Origin: Escherichia coli
GTDB lineage: Bacteria; Pseudomonadota; Gammaproteobacteria; Enterobacterales; Enterobacteriaceae
DNA length: 64,000 bases
Direction: 5' to 3' (one strand)
NCBI RefSeq assembly: GCF_050920415.1
Contig: NZ_CP169309.1
The notes beneath the pieces are model-generated. The model was not told where the DNA came from and did not search any database. It was given only the letters and a program-made list of their open reading frames with translations. Both the position numbers and the translations under genes were made by a program. Each line of letters begins with the position of its first letter. Positions within the stretch are counted from its first letter, which is position 1. Positions 1 to 16,463 of the stretch are shown here, in pieces.

Positions 1-1081
1 TTAACCCTCTACAGAATAACAACAACTTCAAAGGGCGTAATGTTATTGTAATCTTTGCTGAGGGATTTTCATCGGAGATTATTGGTAATTCAAAAATGGC
101 GCATTTTCCAATTACGCCTAATTTAGATAAGTTATCTACTGAAGCACTAAGTTTTAAAAATTATTATAACCATACAGCAGTAACCTTTCGAGGTTTAAGA
201 GGCCAGTTAACTTCTGGCTATCAATTTCGTGATGGGTTAACTGATGCTGGTACTGGTATTGCACAATTATCTAACGTAGAAATTAATAATATTTATCTTC
301 ATCGTCAAACATCTTTGCCGAATATATTGAAAGAGTATGGCTATAAAAGTTATTTTATAGCGTCTACAGAAAAAATAGCCCACTCAACACTATGTTGAAA
401 ACGCTTAATTTTGATAAAGTTCTTGGTATGGGAGATTTTATTGGTTATCAACGCGACAGAATGACTGATAAGCAAACATTTAATGCACTGCAATATTTTT
501 TACGTTCTCAAGAAAATAAAAACGAACGCTTTTTTATTGGTGTGTACCCATCTGGTACTCATCATGGTCAAGATAGTCCAAATGAAAAATATTTTGATGG
601 TAGCAATCCTCTCTACAATAAATTCTATAACTATGATTTTCAGTTGGGGAAGTTTGTTGATTTTTTTCGGCGCAGTTCATTTTATGGCAATACGTTGTTG
701 ATAATTACATCGGATCATTCTACATTTCCTTCGACAGAATATAAGAAATCATTTAACAGCGATTCTCGTTATTTTGTGGACAAAATACCATTTCTGATCA
801 TTGGGAAAAATATTACGCCTGAAGTTTTAGATGCAGGAGGTGAAAATTCTTTAAGTTTCGCGCCAACAATATTGCACATGTTAGGGATTCAGTATTCAAT
901 GAATTATTTTTTGGGGTGTTCTCTTTTTGATAAGACGTGCACATCACCATTCTCACATCTTTCTGCTATTGGTAGTGATTATTTCAATACAGGCAAAGAA
1001 AATCATGTTGAACTAATTCAAAATAATAGTGGTAATGAATTAATAAAATTAGCCGAACGTTTTTATAACATTAGTGGCTAA
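1..1081 (+). pseudogene. Sulfatase / LTA-synthase-family transferase (phosphoglycerol- or phosphoethanolamine-transferase-like) at the end of the O-antigen cluster; 5' end lies outside the window and the frame is broken near 370-398
   Basis: The frame of ORF 96..398 is open back to nt 3 (NVIVIFAEGFSSE..., a typical sulfatase-fold N-terminal strand). It stops at 396-398. The protein continues in another frame as ORF 392..1081 (ITSDHSTFP, a sulfatase-type motif). Low GC, directly upstream of gnd. Confidence 0.6.
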
Positions 1082-1215
1082 ATATAAAAATGTACAAGTT
1101 ACAAGCAATTTCCTAATTAGGAAATATATGACTGTAAAAGAAGATATAAATTAAGCTATTCTTTATCTTCAATAAGCCGCAACCCCGCGGTGATCACCCC
1201 TGACAGGAGTAAACA

Positions 1216-2622
1216 ATGTCAAAGCAACAGATTGGCGTAGTCGGTATGGCAGTGATGGGGCGCAACCTTGCGCTCAACATCGAAAGCCGTGGTTATACCG
1301 TCTCTATTTTCAACCGTTCCCGTGAGAAGACGGAAGAAGTGATTGCCGAAAATCCAGGCAAAAAACTGGTTCCTTACTATACGGTGAAAGAGTTTGTTGA
1401 ATCTCTGGAAACGCCTCGTCGCATCCTGTTAATGGTGAAAGCAGGTGCAGGCACGGATGCTGCTATTGATTCCCTCAAGCCATACCTCGATAAAGGTGAC
1501 ATCATCATTGATGGTGGTAATACCTTCTTCCAGGACACCATTCGTCGTAACCGTGAGCTTTCTGCCGAAGGCTTTAACTTTATCGGTACCGGTGTCTCCG
1601 GTGGTGAAGAAGGTGCGCTGAAAGGTCCTTCCATTATGCCTGGTGGCCAGAAAGAAGCCTATGAACTGGTTGCACCGATCCTGACCAAAATCGCCGCCGT
1701 TGCTGAAGACGGCGAGCCATGCGTTACCTATATTGGTGCCGATGGTGCTGGCCACTATGTGAAGATGGTTCATAACGGTATTGAATACGGCGATATGCAG
1801 CTGATTGCTGAAGCCTATTCACTGCTTAAAGGTGGCCTGAGCCTCACCAACGAAGAACTGGCTCAGACCTTTACCGAGTGGAATAACGGTGAACTAAGCA
1901 GCTACCTGATCGACATCACCAAAGATATCTTCACCAAAAAAGATGAAGACGGTAACTACCTGGTTGATGTGATTTTGGATGAAGCAGCAAACAAAGGTAC
2001 AGGCAAATGGACCAGCCAGAGTGCGCTAGATCTCGGCGAACCGCTGTCGCTGATTACCGAGTCTGTGTTTGCACGTTATATCTCTTCTCTGAAAGATCAG
2101 CGTGTTGCCGCATCTAAAGTTCTCTCTGGCCCGCAAGGACAGCCAGCAGGCGACAAGGCTGAGTTCATCGAAAAAGTTCGCCGTGCGCTGTATCTTGGCA
2201 AAATCGTTTCTTACGCTCAGGGCTTCTCTCAGCTGCGTGCTGCGTCTGAAGAGTACAACTGGGATCTGAACTACGGCGAAATCGCGAAGATTTTCCGTGC
2301 TGGCTGCATCATTCGTGCGCAGTTCCTGCAGAAAATCACCGATGCTTATGCCGAAAATCCGCAGATCGCTAACCTGTTGCTGGCTCCTTACTTCAAGCAA
2401 ATTGCCGATGACTACCAGCAGGCGCTGCGTGATGTCGTTGCTTATGCAGTACAAAATGGTATCCCGGTTCCGACCTTCGCTGCTGCGGTTGCCTATTATG
2501 ATAGCTACCGTGCCGCTGTTTTGCCTGCGAACCTGATCCAGGCACAGCGTGACTATTTCGGTGCGCATACTTATAAGCGCATTGATAAAGAAGGTGTGTT
2601 CCATACCGAATGGCTGGATTAA
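1216..2622 (+). CDS. gnd: 6-phosphogluconate dehydrogenase, decarboxylating
   Basis: 468-aa ORF with an N-terminal Rossmann motif ([13 protein letters not shown]). Full length matches my recollection of E. coli Gnd. SD-like GGAG upstream. Sits between the O-antigen cluster and ugd. Confidence 0.98.
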   Translation: MSKQQIGVVGMAVMGRNLALNIESRGYTVSIFNRSREKTEEVIAENPGKKLVPYYTVKEFVESLETPRRILLMVKAGAGTDAAIDSLKPYLDKGDIIIDGGNTFFQDTIRRNRELSAEGFNFIGTGVSGGEEGALKGPSIMPGGQKEAYELVAPILTKIAAVAEDGEPCVTYIGADGAGHYVKMVHNGIEYGDMQLIAEAYSLLKGGLSLTNEELAQTFTEWNNGELSSYLIDITKDIFTKKDEDGNYLVDVILDEAANKGTGKWTSQSALDLGEPLSLITESVFARYISSLKDQRVAASKVLSGPQGQPAGDKAEFIEKVRRALYLGKIVSYAQGFSQLRAASEEYNWDLNYGEIAKIFRAGCIIRAQFLQKITDAYAENPQIANLLLAPYFKQIADDYQQALRDVVAYAVQNGIPVPTFAAAVAYYDSYRAAVLPANLIQAQRDYFGAHTYKRIDKEGVFHTEWLD

Positions 2623-2648
2623 TCTGATTTAACCAACAATAAATTGAA

Positions 2649-2678
2649 GCCCGGCGTGTATTGCGCCGGTTTTTTTTT
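2649..2678 (+). terminator. Rho-independent terminator after gnd
   Basis: GC stem CCGGCG / CGCCGG followed by a run of 9 T. Confidence 0.8.
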
Positions 2679-2859
2679 GCCGATTATCTTATAGACTAAA
2701 TTTCACTGCTTAATATTAACTTAATAAATATCAGCTATTCTTATAAAGAAAATCTGAATTGTTTTTTGTTGCGTTGACCATCTGACAACGTAGCGTTAAA
2801 ACTTTTAGCTCTTATCAGGATGCTAAAAACATCATGATTCACAGTTAAGTTAATTCTGA

Positions 2860-4035
<1,176 letters not shown>

Positions 4036-4181
4036 CATCCTGTTATCAGGGCGATTTTCGCCCTGATTCTCTCATGTTCCCTTTGTAATAATTCATTATT
4101 TTTATCATTTATCCTATAGCATTCATGGCGATTATCGCTAAACTATGGCGACTTAAAATTATTTCGTCCGTTAGGGTAATG

Positions 4182-5159
4182 ATGAGAGTAGAAAATAATA
4201 ATGTTTCTGGGCAAAACCATGACCCGGAACAGATTGATTTGATTGATTTACTGGTCCAACTATGGCGTGGCAAGATGACAATCATCATTTCTGTCATTGT
4301 GGCTATAGCTCTGGCTATTGGATATTTGGCAGTAGCGAAGGAGAAATGGACGTCAACAGCAATTATCACTCAGCCCGATGTGGGGCAAATTGCTGGCTAT
4401 AACAATGCCATGAATGTTATCTATGGTCAGGCTGCACCGAAAGTATCGGATTTGCAGGAGACGTTAATTGGTCGCTTCAGTTCTGCCTTCTCTGCATTAG
4501 CAGAAACGCTGGATAATCAGGAAGAACCAGAAAAACTTACCATCGAACCTTCTGTTAAGAACCAGCAATTACCATTGACTGTTTCTTATGTTGGGCAAAC
4601 TGCAGAGGGCGCACAAATGAAGTTGGCCCAATACATTCAGCAAGTTGACGATAAAGTGAATCAAGAGCTAGAAAAGGATCTCAAGGACAACATTGCTCTG
4701 GGACGGAAAAACTTGCAGGACTCTTTAAGAACACAGGAAGTGGTTGCGCAGGAACAGAAAGATCTGCGTATCCGTCAGATTCAGGAAGCGTTGCAGTATG
4801 CGAATCAGGCGCAGGTGACAAAGCCACAAGTTCAGCAGACTGAAGATGTGACACAAGATACGTTGTTCCTTTTGGGGAGCGAAGCGCTGGAGTCGATGAT
4901 TAAGCACGAGGCGACCCGTCCGTTGGTGTTCTCGCCAAACTACTATCAGACTCGTCAAAACCTGCTGGATATCGAAAACTTAAAGGTTGATGATCTTGAT
5001 ATTCATGCTTACCGTTATGTGATGAAACCGACGTTACCTATTCGTCGCGATAGCCCGAAAAAGGCAATTACCTTGATTCTGGCGGTGCTGCTGGGCGGCA
5101 TGGTTGGCGCGGGGATTGTGCTGGGGCGTAACGCGCTGCGTAATTACAACGCGAAATAA
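4182..5159 (+). CDS. wzzB: O-antigen chain-length determinant (polysaccharide co-polymerase, PCP-1)
   Basis: ORF 4125..5159, with the start moved to ATG 4182 (MRVENNNVSGQ...), as I recall for E. coli WzzB. An N-terminal and a C-terminal TM helix flank a long polar, coiled periplasmic region. Confidence 0.93.
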   Translation: MRVENNNVSGQNHDPEQIDLIDLLVQLWRGKMTIIISVIVAIALAIGYLAVAKEKWTSTAIITQPDVGQIAGYNNAMNVIYGQAAPKVSDLQETLIGRFSSAFSALAETLDNQEEPEKLTIEPSVKNQQLPLTVSYVGQTAEGAQMKLAQYIQQVDDKVNQELEKDLKDNIALGRKNLQDSLRTQEVVAQEQKDLRIRQIQEALQYANQAQVTKPQVQQTEDVTQDTLFLLGSEALESMIKHEATRPLVFSPNYYQTRQNLLDIENLKVDDLDIHAYRYVMKPTLPIRRDSPKKAITLILAVLLGGMVGAGIVLGRNALRNYNAK

Positions 5160-5181
5160 TATTATTGTGCATTTAAGAGAA

Positions 5182-5216
5182 ACGGGCAGGGTGGTGACAC
5201 CATGCCCGTTTTTTTT
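5182..5216 (+). terminator. Rho-independent terminator after wzzB
   Basis: Stem ACGGGCA...TGCCCGT followed by a T8 run. Confidence 0.8.
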
Positions 5217-5300
5217 GCCGGATGCGATGCTGGCGCATCTTATCCGGCCTACGTGTGTTGAGATAATGTGTAGGCACGATAAGCTTGCGCATCGGGCAAT
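5217..5300. repeat. REP/BIME element (two inverted REP units)
   Basis: GCCGGATGCG...GCGCATCTTATCCGGCCTAC and the inverted GTAGGCACGATAAGC..GCGCATC are classic E. coli REP consensus pieces. Confidence 0.85.
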
Positions 5301-5344
5301 GGCTCCGGGTGTGACAACAACATCACACCTGCTCAGCCCGCAAC

Positions 5345-5949
5345 TCACTGATGCCGTTTACGCAGGTTCTCAATTACCGTCGTTAAATCCAGATCCTGAT
5401 CCTGCAACAGCACCAGCAGGTGATACATCAAATCAGACGCCTCGTTGGTCAGCTCAAAGCGGTCATGTACCGTTGCTGCCAGTGCGGTTTCCACGCCTTC
5501 TTCGCCCACTTTCTGCGCAATGCGTTTAGTGCCGCTGGCATACAGTTTGGCGGTGTAAGAGGTTTCCGGGTCGGCAGATTTCCGTTCGGCGAGCAGTTGT
5601 TCCAGTTGATACAGGAACAGCCACTGGTGAGCGGTGTTGCCGAAGCAGCTGTTGGTGCCTTTGTGGCAGGTCGGGCCGATGGGATTCGCCAGCACCAGCA
5701 ATGTGTCGTTGTCGCAGTCCGGCGCAATGCTCACTACGTCGAGGAAATTGCCGGACGTTTCACCTTTGGTCCACAGTCGCTGTTTAGTGCGCGAGAAGAA
5801 GGTGACTTTGCCGCTTTCGATGGTTTTGTCCAGAGCTTCCGGATTCATATAGCCCAGCATTAGCACTTCGCCGGATACCGCGTGTTGAACAATTACCGGC
5901 ATCAATCCGTCGGTTTTTTCCCAGTCCAGTTCGCGACGTTGTTGTTCTG

Positions 5950-5956
<7 letters not shown>
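5345..5956 (-). CDS. hisI: Bifunctional phosphoribosyl-AMP cyclohydrolase / phosphoribosyl-ATP pyrophosphatase
   Basis: 203-aa ORF, last gene of the his operon. Its start overlaps the hisF stop. Confidence 0.97.
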
Positions 5957-8034
<2,078 letters not shown>

Positions 8035-8035
<1 letters not shown>

Positions 8036-9101
8036 TACAGCACTCCTTTAGACGAGGGCAGGGTATCGCCTTCCACGCGGATGGCCTGGCGCAGGGTGCG
8101 ACCAAAAGCTTTGAACAGGCTCTCTACACGGTGGTGATCATTTTTACCTTTGGTTTTCAGGTGCAGGGTCACGCCCATGGTGTATGAGAGCGAACGGAAG
8201 AAGTGCTCGATCATTTCGGTGCTGAGATCGCCTACACGCTGGTAGGTAAACTCGGCTTTATATTCCAGGTGCGGGCGACCAGAGATATCCAGCGCGCAGC
8301 GGGCAAGACATTCGTCCATCGGCAGCACAAAACCGAAGCGGCAAATACCGCGTTTGTCGCCAAGAGCTATTTTTAACGCTTCGCCCAGCGCCAGACCGGT
8401 ATCTTCGACAGTGTGGTGATCGTCGATATAGAGGTCGCCTTTAACGTTGATTTCCATCCGGAAGCCGCCGTGGGTAGCAATCTGATCCAGCATGTGATCA
8501 AAGAAGCCAACGCCGGTGTTAATCTTGCTGCCGCCTTCGCGATCCAGCCACACCTGAACGTCAATCTGCGTCTCTTTGGTATTACGCACTACGTGAGCGT
8601 AACGATCGCGTTTAGTGAGCTGTTCGCCAATCATTGGCCAGTTCAGGGTTTCGCGGTCGTAGCGTAAACCATTAATGCCCATGTTTTCCGCCAGTTGAAT
8701 ATCGGTCGCGCGATCGCCAATTACATAACTGTTAGCGCGATCCATCGCTTGCTCAGCCAGGTAACGTTCCACCAGTTTTACTTTCGGCTTACGGCAGTCG
8801 CACTCATCGGCGGGCAAGTGCGGGCAAATCAGCACTTCATCAAACTGCACGCCTTGCGAGGTGAAGATCTGCATCATCAGATTGTGCGGGCCATCGAAAT
8901 CCGCCTGCGGGAAACTTTGTGTTCCCAGACCATCCTGATTAGTGATCATCACCAGCTTGTAGCCCGCTTTTTGCAGCCTCAGCAGTTCCGGGATCACGCC
9001 CGGTTCAAAGGCGAGTTTGTCAAAACGGTCCACCTGAAAATCACTCGGCGGTTCGCTAATCAGGGTTCCATCGCGATCAATAAAAAGATACTTCTGACTC
9101 A

Positions 9102-9102
<1 letters not shown>
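8035..9102 (-). CDS. hisB: Bifunctional histidinol-phosphatase / imidazoleglycerol-phosphate dehydratase
   Basis: ATG at 9100-9102 ([14 protein letters not shown], a HAD DxDGT motif). It overlaps the hisC stop as ATGA. 355 aa. Confidence 0.97.
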
Positions 9103-11473
<2,371 letters not shown>

Positions 11474-11478
11474 GGCGA

Positions 11479-12378
11479 TCACTCCATCATCTTCTCAATC
11501 GGCAGGACCAGGATTGAACTGGCACCCAGCGCTTTCAGTTTTTCCATCGTTTCCCAGAACAGGGTTTCGCTGCTGACCATGTGCATCGCTACGCGCTGTT
11601 GATCACCCGCCAGCGGTAGAATGGTTGGGCGTTCGGCACCTGGCAGCAGGGCGATGACTTCATCCAGTCGGTCGGTTGGTGCGTGCATCATGATGTATTT
11701 TGATTCGCGCGCCTGGATCACGCCCTGAATACGCGTCAGCAGTTTGTCGATCAGTTGCTGTTTGGATTCTTCCATTTCGCCATCGCGTTGGATCAGGCAG
11801 GCTTTCGAGCGGTAGATAACTTCGACTTCGCGCAGGCCGTTAGCTTCCAGCGTGGCACCGGTGGAAACCAGATCGCAAATCGCATCCGCCAGTCCGGCGC
11901 GCGGCGCAACTTCGACAGAACCGTTCAGTAAGCAGGATTTAAAAGAGATGCCTTTCTGATCGAGATAACGCTTGAGCAGGTGAGGATAAGAGGTGGCGAT
12001 ACGTTTACCGTTTAAGGAGAGCGGGCCGTCCCAGGCTTCATCAACCGGCGTTGCCAGCGAAAGGCGGCAGCCGCCGAAATCCAGACGACGCAGGGTAAAG
12101 TAGCGAGGATCTTCACCCTGGGCGCGGCGGTTAAGCAGCTCTTCTTCCAGCACGTTTTCGCCGATAATCCCAAGGTCAACCACGCCGTCCATTACCAGAC
12201 CGGGAATGTCGTCGTCACGCACGCGCAGAATATCAATCGGCATGTTTTCTGCCATCGCGATCAGGCGCTGGGTGTGAAGATTAATTTTAATGCCGCAGCG
12301 CGCCAGTAATTCGCGTGAGTCATCACTTAAACGGCCGGATTTCTGCATAGCTATGCGTAAACGAGTGTTGTCTGTCAT
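11479..12378 (-). CDS. hisG: ATP phosphoribosyltransferase
   Basis: ORF 11479..12417, with the start at [17 protein letters not shown] (299 aa). First structural gene after the attenuator. Confidence 0.96.
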   Translation of the reverse strand: MTDNTRLRIAMQKSGRLSDDSRELLARCGIKINLHTQRLIAMAENMPIDILRVRDDDIPGLVMDGVVDLGIIGENVLEEELLNRRAQGEDPRYFTLRRLDFGGCRLSLATPVDEAWDGPLSLNGKRIATSYPHLLKRYLDQKGISFKSCLLNGSVEVAPRAGLADAICDLVSTGATLEANGLREVEVIYRSKACLIQRDGEMEESKQQLIDKLLTRIQGVIQARESKYIMMHAPTDRLDEVIALLPGAERPTILPLAGDQQRVAMHMVSSETLFWETMEKLKALGASSILVLPIEKMME

Positions 12379-12423
12379 TTTCTTATTCCTCTTTAAACCT
12401 GTCTGAACCGTTATCAACCGCGC

Positions 12424-12460
12424 AATAAAAAAGCCCCCGGAAGGTGATCTTCCGGGGGCT
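12424..12460 (-). terminator. his operon attenuator (leader terminator)
   Basis: On the minus strand, a 12-bp GC-rich stem AGCCCCCGGAAG / CTTCCGGGGGCT followed by a U-run. Lies between hisL and hisG. Confidence 0.9.
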
Positions 12461-12523
12461 TTCTCATACGTTCATGCACCACTGGAAGATCTGAATGTCT
12501 TCCAGCACACATCGCCTGAAAGA

Positions 12524-12574
12524 CTAGTCAGGATGATGGTGATGATGGTGGTGTTTAAATTGAACGCGTGTCAT
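12524..12574 (-). CDS. hisL: his operon leader peptide
   Basis: The reverse complement reads ATG ACA CGC GTT CAA TTT AAA CAC CAC CAT CAT CAC CAT CAT CCT GAC TAG, giving MTRVQFKHHHHHHHPD with seven consecutive His codons. Confidence 0.95.
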   Translation of the reverse strand: MTRVQFKHHHHHHHPD

Positions 12575-12798
12575 AAAAGTCTCTGTGAATGTTTATTCAA
12601 CTGATGTCTTTTAACCTAAACCACTTTCACGTTAGAAAGCAAGGGCTTTTTTATATATTTTATGGCGATGGATTTGTTTAATGAATGAGCGGGGAAAGGA
12701 GAGGGCCAGGAGTGGCTACGTTAAAAAAGTAATCGTGAAAATATGTCTTTAAAACCCTCAAGAACATTGTGTTCTGTAACTAAAGTGGGCTTGGTTCC

Positions 12799-12897
12799 TG
12801 CCGGATGCGGCGTGAATGCCTTATCTGGTCTACAAATGTTGCCTAAATTCAATATATTGATGTTTTTGTAGGACTGATAAGCGGAGCGCATCAGGCA
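12799..12897. repeat. REP/BIME element
   Basis: TGCCGGATGCGGCGTGAATGCCTTATCTGGTCTACA and the inverted GTAGGACTGATAAGCGGAGCGCATCAGGCA match the REP consensus. Confidence 0.85.
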
Positions 12898-13000
12898 ATT
12901 GTATATTTGCTAACAGTTTCGATTTCATTCATAGAATGAATTGTCAGTTTTGATACGCTAGCGTAGCCTTATAGATCTAAGGTGTATCAGGAGATAACGG

Positions 13001-13825
13001 ATGAAAAAGGTCGCAATTGTCGGGTTAGGGTGGTTAGGTATGCCGCTAGCGATGTCACTTTCAGCGCGAGGCTGGCAAGTCACCGGGAGTAAAACCACAC
13101 AAGATGGCGTCGAAGCGGCCCGAATGAGTGGCATTGATAGTTATCTGCTTCGCATGGAACCTGAGTTAGTTTGCGATTCTGACGATCTGGATGCCCTGAT
13201 GGATGCTGATGCGCTGGTCATCACGCTTCCGGCACGTCGTAGCGGCCCCGGCGATGAGTTCTATTTACAAGCGGTACAAGAGTTAGTGGATAGTGCGCTG
13301 GCTCATCATATTCCCCGCATTATTTTTACCAGCTCAACGTCTGTCTATGGCGACGCACAAGGCACCGTTAAAGAAACGACCCCGCGTAATCCGGTGACCA
13401 ACAGTGGACGAGTATTAAAAGAACTTGAAGACTGGCTGCACAATTTACCCGGTACTTCAGTCGATATTCTGCGTCTTGCGGGCCTGGTCGGGCCGGAACG
13501 TCATCCTGGTCGCTTTTTTGCCGGAAAAACCGCGCCTGATGGTGAACATGGTGTCAATTTAGTCCATTTAGAAGATGTTATTGGCGCTATCACCCTGTTG
13601 TTACAGGCACCTAAAGGCGGACACATCTATAATATATGTGCGCCAGCTCACCCTGCGCGTAATGTTTTCTATCCGCAGATGGCCCGTTTACTGGGACTGG
13701 AACCTCCGCAGTTCAGAAATAGTCTGGACAGCGGCAAAGGTAAGATTATTGATGGCAGTCGGATTTGTAATGAACTGGGATTTGAATACCAGTATCCCGA
13801 TCCGCTGGTAATGCCGCTGGAGTAA
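13001..13825 (+). CDS. yeeZ: NAD(P)-binding Rossmann-fold epimerase/dehydratase-like protein
   Basis: 274-aa ORF with N-terminal VAIVGLGWLG. Synteny next to yeeY. Confidence 0.9.
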   Translation: MKKVAIVGLGWLGMPLAMSLSARGWQVTGSKTTQDGVEAARMSGIDSYLLRMEPELVCDSDDLDALMDADALVITLPARRSGPGDEFYLQAVQELVDSALAHHIPRIIFTSSTSVYGDAQGTVKETTPRNPVTNSGRVLKELEDWLHNLPGTSVDILRLAGLVGPERHPGRFFAGKTAPDGEHGVNLVHLEDVIGAITLLLQAPKGGHIYNICAPAHPARNVFYPQMARLLGLEPPQFRNSLDSGKGKIIDGSRICNELGFEYQYPDPLVMPLE

Positions 13826-13870
13826 ACGATCACGCCAGCAGGACGCCGCATGCACTGCAAGGGGGCGTGT

Positions 13871-14800
13871 ATGAAACCACTGCTGGATGTGTTGATGATC
13901 CTCGATGCCTTAGAAAAAGAAGGCAGTTTTGCGGCGGCGTCGGCCAAACTCTATAAGACGCCGTCTGCTCTGAGTTACACCGTTCACAAGCTGGAAAGCG
14001 ACCTTAATATTCAATTGCTTGATCGTAGCGGTCACCGCGCAAAATTCACCCGCACCGGAAAAATGTTATTAGAGAAGGGGCGGGAAGTTCTGCATACCGT
14101 GCGAGAACTGGAAAAACAGGCGATAAAACTGCATGAAGGCTGGGAAAACGAGCTGGTGATTGGCGTGGACGACACGTTTCCTTTTTCTCTGCTTGCGCCA
14201 CTCATTGAAGCTTTTTATCAACATCATAGCGTGACGCGCCTGAAGTTTATCAATGGCGTACTCGGTGGTTCATGGGATGCCCTGACTCAGGGGCGAGCGG
14301 ATATTATTGTTGGCGCGATGCATGAGCCACCATCTTCCAGTGAGTTTGGTTTCTCACGGTTGGGCGATCTTGAACAAGTCTTTGCGGTCGCGCCCCATCA
14401 TCCGTTAGCCCAGGAAGAAGAACCGTTAAACCGTCGTATCATTAAGCGATATAGGGCGATTGTGGTAGGGGATACTGCGCAGGCAGGCGCTTCTACGGCC
14501 TCGCAACTTCTCGACGAACAAGAAGCCATTACCGTTTTCGATTTTAAAACCAAGCTGGAGCTGCAAATTAGCGGCCTCGGCTGCGGCTATTTACCCCGTT
14601 ATCTGGCACAACGTTTTCTCGATAGTGGCGCGTTAATCGAGAAGAAAGTGGTCGCCCAAACTCTCTTTGAACCTGTCTGGATTGGCTGGAACGAACAGAC
14701 CGCAGGACTTGCCAGCGCCTGGTGGCGAGACGAGATTTTAGCAAATAGTGCGATCGCCGGTGTTTATGCAAAATCTGATGACGGAAAATCAGCCATTTAA
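13871..14800 (+). CDS. yeeY: LysR-family transcriptional regulator
   Basis: ORF 13850..14800, with the start at MKPLLDVLMILDAL (309 aa). N-terminal wHTH (FAAASAKLYKTPSALSYTVHKLE). Confidence 0.9.
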   Translation: MKPLLDVLMILDALEKEGSFAAASAKLYKTPSALSYTVHKLESDLNIQLLDRSGHRAKFTRTGKMLLEKGREVLHTVRELEKQAIKLHEGWENELVIGVDDTFPFSLLAPLIEAFYQHHSVTRLKFINGVLGGSWDALTQGRADIIVGAMHEPPSSSEFGFSRLGDLEQVFAVAPHHPLAQEEEPLNRRIIKRYRAIVVGDTAQAGASTASQLLDEQEAITVFDFKTKLELQISGLGCGYLPRYLAQRFLDSGALIEKKVVAQTLFEPVWIGWNEQTAGLASAWWRDEILANSAIAGVYAKSDDGKSAI

Positions 14801-15014
14801 AGAAAAATTATTATGACAAGCCTCTCATTCTCTTGTCATTTCCCCCCCATTTAGGCACAATGCGCCGCTGTCAAAAAATGACTAAAAACCGACGTTTAAT
14901 TAGCGTCGGTTATTTTTTGCTTCAAACCAATCATTCATACCAAGAGGCCGGGCTTCGTACCGGATAGATATTTACTAAAAATCGACAGTTGTTGTCGCTG
15001 AGGAATCCAAAAAA

Positions 15015-15077
15015 ATGGGGCAATTTTTTGCTTACGCGACGGTTATTACCGTAAAGGAGAATGACCATGTCGCATAA
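15015..15077 (+). CDS. yoeI: 20-codon upstream small ORF overlapping the plaP start ([20 protein letters not shown]); possibly the small protein YoeI
   Basis: An ATG at 15015 opens a frame that runs to TAA at 15075-15077. It overlaps the plaP ATG (15067) out of frame. I recall a 20-aa protein annotated in this K-12 intergenic region, but the sequence match comes from memory only. Confidence 0.45.
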   Translation: MGQFFAYATVITVKENDHVA

Positions 15078-16425
15078 CGTTACTCCAAACACCTCTCGCG
15101 TGGAATTGCGTAAAACGCTTACGTTAGTTCCGGTTGTAATGATGGGTCTTGCCTATATGCAGCCGATGACGCTGTTTGATACATTTGGTATCGTTTCAGG
15201 CCTCACGGATGGTCATGTGCCGACAGCCTATGCGTTCGCATTGATTGCGATCCTGTTTACGGCTCTGAGCTACGGGAAGCTGGTTCGCCGCTATCCTTCT
15301 GCTGGCTCTGCATACACTTACGCCCAGAAATCCATTAGCCCGACCGTCGGCTTTATGGTGGGTTGGTCTTCTCTGCTCGACTATCTGTTCGCGCCGATGA
15401 TCAACATTCTGCTGGCGAAAATCTATTTTGAAGCTCTGGTGCCTTCCATCCCATCGTGGATGTTTGTGGTGGCGCTGGTGGCCTTTATGACCGCCTTTAA
15501 CCTGCGTAGTCTGAAATCCGTAGCGAACTTCAACACCGTCATCGTGGTGTTGCAGGTAGTGCTGATCGCGGTGATTCTGGGCATGGTTGTTTATGGCGTA
15601 TTTGAAGGTGAAGGCGCTGGTACGCTGGCGAGCACTCGTCCGTTCTGGTCTGGCGATGCGCATGTTATTCCGATGATTACCGGGGCGACAATCCTGTGCT
15701 TCTCCTTTACCGGCTTTGACGGCATCAGCAACCTGTCGGAAGAAACCAAAGATGCAGAGCGCGTGATCCCGCGTGCGATTTTCCTGACCGCGCTGATCGG
15801 CGGCATGATCTTCATCTTTGCAACTTACTTCCTGCAACTGTATTTCCCGGATATCTCTCGCTTTAAAGATCCGGATGCGTCACAGCCTGAAATCATGCTG
15901 TACGTTGCGGGTAAAGCGTTCCAGGTTGGCGCGCTGATCTTCTCCACCATTACCGTACTGGCGTCCGGTATGGCGGCGCACGCAGGCGTGGCGCGTCTGA
16001 TGTACGTAATGGGTCGTGACGGCGTATTCCCGAAAAGCTTCTTCGGTTATGTGCACCCGAAATGGCGTACTCCGGCAATGAACATCATCCTGGTTGGCGC
16101 GATTGCTCTGCTGGCAATCAACTTCGACCTGGTAATGGCTACGGCGCTGATTAACTTTGGTGCGCTGGTGGCGTTCACCTTCGTTAACCTGTCGGTTATC
16201 TCGCAGTTCTGGATCCGTGAGAAGCGTAACAAGACGCTGAAAGATCACTTCCAGTATCTGTTCCTGCCGATGTGTGGTGCGCTGACTGTAGGTGCGCTGT
16301 GGGTTAACCTGGAAGAAAGCTCAATGGTTCTGGGGCTGATCTGGGCGGCAATCGGTCTGATTTACCTGGCTTGCGTCACCAAGAGCTTCCGTAACCCGGT
16401 TCCGCAGTACGAAGACGTTGCATAA
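15067..16425 (+). CDS. plaP: Putrescine importer, APC-superfamily amino acid/polyamine transporter
   Basis: ORF 15061..16425, with the start at [14 protein letters not shown] (452 aa). Roughly 12 hydrophobic helices. Confidence 0.93.
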   Translation: MSHNVTPNTSRVELRKTLTLVPVVMMGLAYMQPMTLFDTFGIVSGLTDGHVPTAYAFALIAILFTALSYGKLVRRYPSAGSAYTYAQKSISPTVGFMVGWSSLLDYLFAPMINILLAKIYFEALVPSIPSWMFVVALVAFMTAFNLRSLKSVANFNTVIVVLQVVLIAVILGMVVYGVFEGEGAGTLASTRPFWSGDAHVIPMITGATILCFSFTGFDGISNLSEETKDAERVIPRAIFLTALIGGMIFIFATYFLQLYFPDISRFKDPDASQPEIMLYVAGKAFQVGALIFSTITVLASGMAAHAGVARLMYVMGRDGVFPKSFFGYVHPKWRTPAMNIILVGAIALLAINFDLVMATALINFGALVAFTFVNLSVISQFWIREKRNKTLKDHFQYLFLPMCGALTVGALWVNLEESSMVLGLIWAAIGLIYLACVTKSFRNPVPQYEDVA

Positions 16426-16463
16426 TCTTACAAGCCGGATGACATAATCATCCGGTAAATCTC

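Noticed and set aside
1377-2604. Several antisense or alternate-frame ORFs inside gnd (1377..1634, 1429..1773, 2026..2604, 2297..2536)
   Set aside because: They lie wholly within the strongly supported gnd frame, have no SD or motifs, and show the Arg/Ser-rich composition typical of antisense readings of high-expression genes.
5034-5529. ORFs 5034..5348 (-) and 5104..5529 (+) spanning the wzzB-hisI spacer
   Set aside because: They read through a terminator and REP/BIME repeats and into the antisense of hisI. Their Arg/Cys/Pro-rich, low-complexity translation is not credible coding sequence.
15196-15837. 213-aa minus-strand ORF inside plaP
   Set aside because: It is antisense to a transporter gene with a clear 12-TM pattern. 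Its His/Arg/Gln-rich product has no motifs.
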